Source of the DNA: Eledone cirrhosa
Taxonomy: Eukaryota
Reading direction: 5' to 3'
Length of the DNA stretch: 64,000 bases
Assembly: GCA_964016885.1 (NCBI GenBank)
Contig: OZ024745.1
Location: 125,984,001 to 126,048,000, forward strand
The translations under genes and the position numbers were made by a program. Below are positions 54,604 to 64,000 of this stretch, in pieces. The notes beneath the pieces are model-generated. The model did not search any database, was not told where the DNA came from, and was given only the letters and a program-made list of their open reading frames with translations. Each line of letters begins with the position of its first letter. Position 1 is the first letter of the stretch.

Positions 54604-55884
54604 ATGGATGAATGATTCACCGACCTTTTCAAATGTTAATAAAGAAATTCTTTTGCACATAGGAAGCGCAATTAGAGGTCACAGTCGTTATGTATCTTAT
54701 TTAACACCTCTTTAGAAGAAATATTTTTCTTGCCATAATATATAGAATTGGAAAGCATTAGAACTTTCAAGTTGTATAAATAAGATCTGAAAATCGTGTT
54801 TATCATAGACCTCCTTATTGTTATTGTAACTCACTCCTTTGAACAGCTCCAAATATAGAAGAAAAGAGCAATTTTCAGGTATTCAAAGTGCCTGCAACAA
54901 ATATAAATTCATATATAGACAGATACACACACACAAAGAGGGAAGGAACCACTCCTCGACACAGATATACACACGTGCTTACTGAAACACAAATTCATAC
55001 ACAGGCAGATACACACACAGTGAATGGGCATCATCTCCACATACACACACACACACTCAGCCACACACCCTAATCCGCAAACGCATACACACAGGAAAAG
55101 AGCCACTCATCCGCATACGCACACACATTTCTCCCTCTCGCAAAGGCAAGCTTACATAGATGGTTTGTTGATCGTGTTGGTAGTGATTGTGTTGTGTTGT
55201 TGATTCGTTTGTTACGTGCGTGCTCACTTGCAGCTTGCTGTGCCGTGTGATCACTGTTGTGTGATACAATGTGACTTGAGGTTGCATGTGTGCAGGTAAG
55301 TAAGTGTTCAATAAGATGTTGATGATGTGATAGTTCCTTGATCACGCAGAAAATGAAAATATATAAATGAACCACGATGACACCAAACTGTTATATTATT
55401 AATTTATTGAAAATAACTTACGCCGAAGCTATACGAAAAATACACAAGAATCATGGACGATATTTGTTTGTTTGTAAAAGTAGAATTAAATTATATTTAC
55501 CAATAAAACTTTATGAACTTCACTGGCTTGGTTACGAGAGATATCAAGAGATAGAGATTGGGGGGAAAAGAGAGTGTAAGAGAAAGTAAAAGTCTGTAAG
55601 GCCTCATGGGGTCTGTAGAAAGCAATAGTCTATCAAGAACTGCTTCGAACGGCTACTGCTTGATCTATTTATATCTGTCGCTTCCTCTGTACCCAAGCCT
55701 TGAGAACACAGGGCTGACCTCTAGAGGTTGTCCACCTCTCAGATGTATTGACCCCCGAAAGGAGATAACCCAGAAAATAACCGTTAAATGTCACCCAGGG
55801 GTCAAGGTGTGGACAGATTTCGCTACACTTTCATAAATATAAGACATACACTCAAACGCTTACAAAAACACATACACTCATACG

Positions 55885-55966
55885 TTCACATAAACACATA
55901 TTACTACGCACAAATAAATATTCACATAAACACATATTACTACGCACAAATAAATACTCACATAAA
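55885..55966. repeat. 36-bp tandem repeat, about 2.3 units
   Basis: ttcacataaacacatattactacgcacaaataaata repeated. Confidence 0.85.
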
Positions 55967-55995
55967 CAAAAACATGCACTAGGACGCTCCCATAA

Positions 55996-56055
<60 letters not shown>

Positions 56056-56135
56056 GTATAGAATGACGCACAATAAATGTGAGTCTATGTCTGAAAAAAT
56101 AACCATTCCAGTGGATGACATAAATATCATTATAT

Positions 56136-56292
56136 GGATGCCATGCTTTCCAACATAGTTACGTCCCTTAACAATATGGGTTCAAATCCCGCCGAGGTTG
56201 ACTTTGCCTTTCCTCCTTACGGGGTCGATAAAATAAAGTACCAGTAATGCTATGGGTAATTGCTGGCCTTGTGCCAAAAGTAGAATCAATTA
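56136..56292 (+). mobile_element. 5'-truncated Meta-like SINE
   Basis: Consensus match; attatat on both sides. Confidence 0.85.
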
Positions 56293-56706
56293 TATATATA
56301 TATAATTATATATATATACAACTGGAATCTTAGTAAAACCGAAGCTTTGGCTGTGGCCAAGCTAACGACCTACAATTAGGAATGAGCAGCAAAGCACTCA
56401 ACAAGGAAGGCCTTAGAGTAATAACTTACGTTTAGACAGCTTGACAAATTGAAAATTGCGGCAGGCAGACCTAGCCACACAATACCAAAAACAACGAAAA
56501 AAGTAATCAGGTTAAACAACCGATCTGGACATATCGAACGATATTTTGCAATACGTCCGATAGGTTTCTATGAATATCATCCATCCAGCTTACGTAATGT
56601 GTAAGCCTGTGGTAATACATGATCGAACAGAGGATTCACGTCATCAACAGGAAATTTCGTTCTATGCCTCAAGCCGGTGTGAAATGTAACGCCGAACTCC
56701 CATCGA

Positions 56707-56771
<65 letters not shown>

Positions 56772-56773
<2 letters not shown>

Positions 56774-56904
56774 CGAAGGAAGTGTGGTAAGGAACCAGGA
56801 GGACCATAATGCACTAGAGTACTCGATACTTAGAGGGTAGTAGAGTGGGTACCAGGAAAAGCGTCAGGACACCGACGGCTGAGCTCCGGCCGTTTCGACA
56901 GCTG
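56772..56904 (-). mobile_element. Single-arm copy of the 17636 family
   Basis: aacgaagga.gtgtggtaaggaaccag...gagctccggccgtttcgacagc next to (TA)n. Confidence 0.75.
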
Positions 56905-57351
56905 TGTGTGTGTGTGTGTGTGTGTAAATAGTTCAGAAGTTGGAATTATGAGCTTCTGGATTCAATAGACAAGTGTCTTCTATTTTATTCGTGAGCAGAC
57001 TGAAACCGTGTGAGTACAATTGGGTTGGCCAACATTATATAAACTGAACATACATACATTAGATCCACAATTAGATCCACATTAGATCCCCAACATTTTT
57101 ATTTCAAAAGGCTAGCCTTACCCCATATCATTGATTCTGGCTGGAGATCTCTTTGGTGTTTCAATGAATGTAGCATATATAGCCATATATAACATATACA
57201 TCACTTTCGTTAACTATCAACCCAAAACCTCGTTTGTTTCTATGAGTAAAAATCACCCATTTTAAAAGGTTCCTACTTAAAGAACATAATTATATATACG
57301 AACATTGTGTAACGAGAGCTGTATCTATTGTTAGAGAGAGTTAGGGAGAGA

Positions 57352-57956
57352 GAGTGCTCAGTGGAAACTCTAGCTCCCCAAGACCCAAGAGGGCCAGGCA
57401 AAGCAGGTCCACTTGCAAGTTCATGATGATCCAATTTTTCGACAACAAAGACATCATCTATATCCACTGCGTTCCCTACAGCCAGACAATCAACAAAGAG
57501 TACTATGTAGAGGTTTTGAGGGAGTTCAGAAAGAGATTTCGTCGCAAGAGACCAGAATTCTTCAAGTCTGGTCAGTGGCACCGGTACTAGGATGATGCCC
57601 CCTGCTACAAATCCATCCTGGTGACCAACTAATTGACAGATATGGGAATTAGGATTTCCCACATCCTTCCTACGGTCCAGACTTAGCCCCAAGCGAGTTC
57701 TAGATGTTCCCGAAGCTGAAGGAAAAGTTCGGGGTATCCGCTTTGAGGATGTGGAGGAAGTTAATGAGGCTGTGTCAAACACCCTGGTTACCTTCACTTT
57801 GAAGGATTACAAATGGGCCTTCCAGAAAGGGCTGGAGCGCTATTTTTGCATTGAAGTTTGAGGTTCCTATTTTGAAGGAGACTAGAGTTTTGTGTTGATC
57901 TGAGTTAAATATATGTATCCTTGATACAAATCTCAAAACCTCTAAAGTGCACCTCG
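57352..57956 (+). pseudogene. Mariner transposase remnant (catalytic half plus 3' end)
   Basis: SSPRPKRARQSRSTCKFMMIQFFD...QTINKEYYVEVL...RRKRPE...WHRY*DDAP and a YGPDLAP-like motif; stops and frameshifts. Confidence 0.88.
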
Positions 57957-58789
57957 CATTTTATTAGAAATAAGGTAAAGAATGGCTTAATAAATTGAGA
58001 GGTCAGTATAGACTGTGAAAGCCACTGGATTACTCTTCTTGATGTCGTTTCTCCAGTAGAAGTTAAATGCTGCAATTCGAGTTGAAGTATCAAAATGGTT
58101 GCATCTTGAAATTTACTTAAGATTTGAAATTCTAGAAAATGTTCGGCGACTATGACTATGTAAAGTGATTTGAATTCAATTAGCAATATGATTTCATATT
58201 TAAAAAAAACAAAGTCACGATGTTCTACTGTAACCCTGGAATACTCCTCGTCGAAACTGAATTGTACATATTTATATATATGCGTGTATCTGTATATATG
58301 TCTGTATAGAGGTATAAAAAACGAGTCCGAGAACACGTATTTTTATGACTGCTCGTGGTTGAGTGTATGTACCTATGTATCTTTATACAGGTAGGTGTAT
58401 CTGTGTGAATACCTGTGTAGGGTGTATGCAGTTTGAGAAAATACCTGACTTTCTGCATCGAAAATAATCAAAGGAAACTACCCATCCCGCGTGAAAAGCA
58501 GAATTAAAACCACTTTCCAAAAGTTTCCATTTAGATAGGGGTTTACGTTCATTCTTCCGCAGTAATAACTTGTTTTTTTCGCTCGGAGTGGAGTGTGCTG
58601 GTGGAAATATTTGGATGGAGATTGTTTTGTAGGAATGTAAAATAACTCGGGCATAAAACAGTCTATGATATAAACACTAAGTAATAAGGTTTAAGGACAT
58701 TGTTGATTGAGGCAAAGCAGACGATTCTCCATTACCGGTCTAAAAGATGCACTGAAGCGACATCAGTAAGCATTAACTGAATGGTGAAT

Positions 58790-58839
<50 letters not shown>

Positions 58840-58892
58840 TGTAGTGGTTGTGGTGGGGGGGGGTCTGCATAGGAATAAACTCTATAGCCTAA

Positions 58893-59113
58893 CAATGGTT
58901 TCTTATATAGGCACAAGGCCATCAATTTTGGGGGGAGGGGAAAGTCGATTAAATCGACCCCAGTGCGTGACTGGTACTTCATTTTATCGACCCCGTAAGG
59001 ATGAAAGGCAAAGTTAACCTCGGCGGGATTTGAACTCAGATCATAAAGGGTCGTAACTCTATGCTACAAAGCATGGCATCCGACTCTCTACCGATACTGC
59101 CAATCCACCGCCC
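58893..59113 (-). mobile_element. Full-length Meta-like SINE (long variant)
   Basis: Consensus match including ggggagggg-aaagtcgattaaatcgacccc. Confidence 0.9.
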
Positions 59114-59451
59114 TAATAATAATAATAATTACAACAAGAACAACAGCAGTAACAACAATAATATCCATAAATAGACTATCCATGTGAGGTAAATGATAAC
59201 CAATCCCTACTCTAGTCCCTGATGTATGGAGGTGTCCGACAGGAAACACTTGATGCAAGGGATTACCGATCAATGAACTTCCATCTTTACTACATAAATT
59301 ATCATAGCAGACACGGAAGAAAGACTTTGCTGTGATATCAAAGACATGAAGTTTGCTCTGCTCAAGTTTTTCAGTTCTCAGGAGCAACGTATCGTTATTA
59401 CAGGCCTCCATTGGATTTGATTCTTATTTGCAAGCTTTGTTGGTGGTAATT

Positions 59452-59520
<69 letters not shown>

Positions 59521-59624
59521 TATGGATGTATATATACATACATACCCATACAAATAAATATATATACGCACACATATATATCTATATCTATCTATCTATC
59601 TATCTCTATACATACATACATATA

Positions 59625-59761
<137 letters not shown>

Positions 59762-59771
59762 TATATATATG

Positions 59772-59850
<79 letters not shown>

Positions 59851-59851
59851 G

Positions 59852-59884
<33 letters not shown>

Positions 59885-59892
<8 letters not shown>

Positions 59893-60038
59893 AAATCAAA
59901 AGATGGTTAAAAGAGTTCCATGTATTTTATTATGCGCATTTCAAAAACGTAATTATCATCCCATAATGATATTTGTTTTTGAAATGCGCATAATAAAATA
60001 CATGGAACTCTTTTAACCATCTTTTGATTTTATATTAT
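59885..60038. mobile_element. 154-bp fold-back of the pLTR family seen at 1291-1395
   Basis: Arm gaaatgcgcataataaaatacatggaactcttttaaccatctttt matches 1340-1384; perfect arms around a stem II-like centre. Confidence 0.85.
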
Positions 60039-60952
60039 TTATACTCCAGTCCTATAAAATGTTGAGTGCTACTTAGCATTGCTTTATTGTGCTACAATAA
60101 ACTCACCTCCAACATATATATATACTTTCTGTTCATAGCTACATAAGTACTTTTAGTAATATATGTAATGTATGTGTCTGTAAGAATGAATGTCAATGTG
60201 TGAATGTACGTGTGTGTATGTTCGTATTTGTGTATGTGTGTATCCCGGAGCACATATTATAGATTAAGCGTTCTTGTATTGGGATTTAACCTTTTTGAAT
60301 ATCGTACTAATTTGAACTTTGTATAATTTGTAATAACAGTGATAATAATGATAATAATAGAGATAGCATTAACAGAACAAGAAGATAACTAACATGACAA
60401 AACGACAACAAACAAAAGGAGCAACAAAAATGTTTAATCTATCTATATTATAAGAGCGTTCTATATCCGTCCGTTCGTCCATCCGTCCGTTCTTCCGTCC
60501 GTCCGTCACGCTCACTTTATTTAGAGAGGGGGAGCGCCAAGCGAGATATATGTACATGTATACAGAAAGAAAAGGGATCGCCTTTTGTTTCAAGATGACA
60601 GACAACGGTGGATAGACAGAAAGGTACGACGTTGCCCTCATCTTTTGTCGGACGAATAAACTGTATTTTCCTTACAAGAATCAACTAGCTTCTTGAAACC
60701 TTATATCGTGTTGTTTATCATGTAATTAAATTGTTCTGTAGAATATATAGAGCACACTTTTTTCCTTTACCTTTTCTACGGAAATACTTAACACACATAC
60801 ACACAAACAAACACACACACATATACATACATATATATATGTGTTTGTGTGTATGTATATATGTACGTATATACGTACATATATATATGTACATATATAT
60901 ATATGTATATATATATAGATATATAGAAATATTTATTAAAATAACAGATTAA

Positions 60953-60999
60953 AGTTTAAGCAAAGAATCGCTGCTTTCACCCTTAACGGGATCTTCTGA

Positions 61000-61003
<4 letters not shown>
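60953..61003 (-). ncRNA. Hammerhead-like fold with variant core CAGAAGA
   Basis: agttt-CAGAAGA-tcccgttaagggt-GAAA-gca(gcgattctt)tgc-TT|aaact; relatives at 38-83 and 62225-62310. Confidence 0.55.
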
Positions 61004-61080
<77 letters not shown>

Positions 61081-61083
61081 TAT

Positions 61084-61157
<74 letters not shown>

Positions 61158-61341
61158 ATATATATATAATCTACAAACATAACTTTGTTAAAGTATGGTG
61201 AGTAATCTGAACATTATGTACAAAACCAACTCCTGCAGCAACAAGACAAGAAGAAGAATAAAGAAAAAATACAACAACAAATCTTGAAAAAAAATACTAC
61301 AATAAATTAACACCAACAATATTAATAATTTTGCTGATAAT

Positions 61342-61515
61342 ATTTGTTTCTACTTTTGGCACAAGGCCAGAAATTACCCAATGCATTACTGGTACTTTAT
61401 TTCATCGACCCCGTAAGGATGAAAGGCAAAGTTAACCTTGGCCGGATTTGAACTCATAACTCTATGCTGCAAGGCACCGTGTCTGACGCTCTACCGATAC
61501 TGCCAATTAATTGCC
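61342..61515 (-). mobile_element. Meta-like SINE with small internal deletion
   Basis: Consensus match. Confidence 0.85.
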
Positions 61516-62191
61516 TCTTTTTAATGATAATAATGAATATAAATTGAGGAAATTCTTGAGATAACTTTGGACATTATTTTTTAGAAATTCAAAATTCCTA
61601 TCTTTGCTGCCATCTGTACAACAATTAATATATATATACATTCCACAAATAAAATTCAGTGTTATCAACTAATTAATGTACACACAGCCACACACGTGAT
61701 TATATATGTATGTGTGTGTATGTGTTTGTCTGTGTGTATGTTTGTCTGTGTGTGCGTTTGTATGTATAATTTATGTATAATTTATGCATATATATATATA
61801 TATATATAAATATATATATATATTGTTATACTTTTTTTTTGGGGGGGGGGTCATGTTGCCAATAAGAAATACACGCACCAGTTGCTTTCACTTCAATTTA
61901 TTATAAATTAAATTTATAAATTTAAGAATTTATAAATTTCCGGTTGGTTGGTTCCACAACCAGACGATTGTTCATATATTGTCAAAGTTCTTTCGTCACA
62001 CATTCTGTAACCTCTTGACTGACTGAGGATTCTTTTCTTTGTTTTTGTGCCTCTCCTTTGTTATGTCCTATGCCATCTTGTTTTTGTGTGGGTTGTCACA
62101 CACACATATATGTATATATATATACGTATATATGTATATACGCATATGTATATACGCATATGTATATATTTTATGTATAAATATATATATA

Positions 62192-62231
<40 letters not shown>

Positions 62232-62487
62232 TAATAGATTACATTTAAAGCCAAGAATAGGTGCTTTCACCCTTAACGGGATCTTCTGAAACTAAAAAAA
62301 TCAATCTGTGAACGCAGAGGTAAATATTTCGAAAAACGTTGCAACCGATGGAAAACAGGAAGACGATGCTTTGGTTCGTGGAGACGTTCCCTGGCAATGA
62401 ACGGAAATGCTCTAGGGTTCTTATATATTTGATATATATTTATCCTTATCGAGCCCTCTTTGGATTTTAGTTTTCAAATTTTTAATT

Positions 62488-62532
<45 letters not shown>

Positions 62533-63217
62533 TGTCTGTCTGTCTGCTCGTTTGTGTTTGTGTTGTCAAATTAAGTGAAATACAGAATAAGCTTTAAACA
62601 ATATAGCTCTGTGTGTGTCAGTTAGTATGGTTGTTTGTTGTCTTTGTTATTGTTGTTGTTGTTGTTACTTTTGTTGGTGTTGTTGTTGTTGCTTTTGTTA
62701 GTTTTTGTTACTCTTCTTAGGGTTTTTATATAGGGGCGGGGAGCAGATGTCAGTGTCTGGTGAACACAATATTCCAACTTGCCGGATGATCTATAGAAAA
62801 GAATGATTAAAAACAAATAAAAGAAACGAAACGAAACGGAGGAAGAAGATAGAGAAAGAAAGAAAGGAAAAGAGACAGAAACAAAGAAAGAAAGAGAGAG
62901 AAAAAGAGAGAAAGAAAGAAAGAAAGAAAGAAAGAAATAAAAAAGAAAGAACGAAAGGAAGGAAGGAAGAAAGAATGAACGAAAGAAAGAAAGAAAGATG
63001 GAAAGAAAGAAAATTGAAAAGGGGGAAGGATGGTTGCTATTTTATTTAAATAAAGTTACCACAGTAAATATGAAATCGTGTATACAGATGGAAAATATTT
63101 GGAGTATGAAAGGTGTGTGTGTGTGTGTGTGTGTGTGTTTGTGTGAGAGAGAGAATTAATGGACTTTTATGGAGACGCCACTCATTAACAGTTATGGGTT
63201 CATACATACAAACAAAG

Positions 63218-63535
63218 ATGATGGCTGCCTCCTCGTTATCGAGTATGGCCATTGCACGATATAACATTATTAATAATTATTAATTAATATTATCGTGCAA
63301 TGCCTGTGCGGGAAAATTTTTTTTAAAGTGAGGAACGACTGTGCACGGAGCCAATCCCACTCTCTGAGCGACAGTAGCTATAACCGAAAAAGAAGAAAAG
63401 ATCAACATCATCGGTAACTACTGAGCCGCAGGTTTTATATCGGAGTTATCCCGGTTTTCTGAGTTACCTTCTCCTAGAAGAATGCCCCGACAAAGGCTAG
63501 GGTCCTTCACTCCCAGTAGTTTAACCGCGCGATCG
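63218..63535 (-). mobile_element. RTE-derived non-autonomous element
   Basis: Close reverse-complement match to 6948-7267. Confidence 0.7.
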
Positions 63536-63591
63536 GGTTTCCAGCCCGACTATTTCTATGTCCCCGCGCGTATACACACGTATGCACCCAT

Positions 63592-63655
<64 letters not shown>

Positions 63656-63737
63656 CTATATATTTAACACTCACTCTGTCTGTCTCTCAATCAATCAAAC
63701 ATCTATCTATGTAAATAAAGAAATATATCTATGTATG

Positions 63738-63776
<39 letters not shown>

Positions 63777-63778
63777 CA

Positions 63779-63882
<104 letters not shown>

Positions 63883-64000
63883 CTCGCTATCTATCTATGT
63901 ATCTATCTATGTCTATATATCTCTCTCTCCCAGTCACACTCACACACACACGTACACCAAACTGTGCTATAATAAAACTCACCTCCTATATATATATAGT

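Noticed and set aside
59160-59411. Non-repetitive ORF MEACNNDTLLL...
   Set aside because: No recognisable motif; it runs into an (AAT)n tract and a SINE.

Overview
AT-rich eukaryotic non-coding DNA, saturated with microsatellites ((AT)n, (CA)n, (CATA)n, (AG)n, (TAA)n, (TAG)n) and transposon debris. The repeat repertoire resembles an octopus/coleoid cephalopod genome (inference). I can support no host protein-coding gene, and nearly all ORFs in the track are microsatellite artefacts. The one intact host gene is a tRNA-Arg(ACG) at 43079-43151 (-) with a Pol III terminator. Mobile content: about 30 copies of a young tRNA-derived SINE with clear TSDs; older tRNA SINEs; RTE-derived non-autonomous elements; RTE, R4/Dong-like and Penelope-like (PLE) fragments; two mariner remnants; two ~77-bp mariner MITEs. 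Most notable: (1) several PLE-type type I hammerhead ribozymes; (2) repeated fold-back (palindromic) insertions whose turn point lies on a pre-existing RNA hairpin (hammerhead stem II, or a SINE hairpin), suggesting cDNA snap-back; (3) R4/Dong-like elements always found in (CATA)n in one orientation; (4) a 3.4-kb 30-bp minisatellite with five frames open across the unit; (5) a minisatellite grown from a mariner 5' motif. Repeat boundaries were read by eye and are approximate; family names come from recalled motifs, not database searches.
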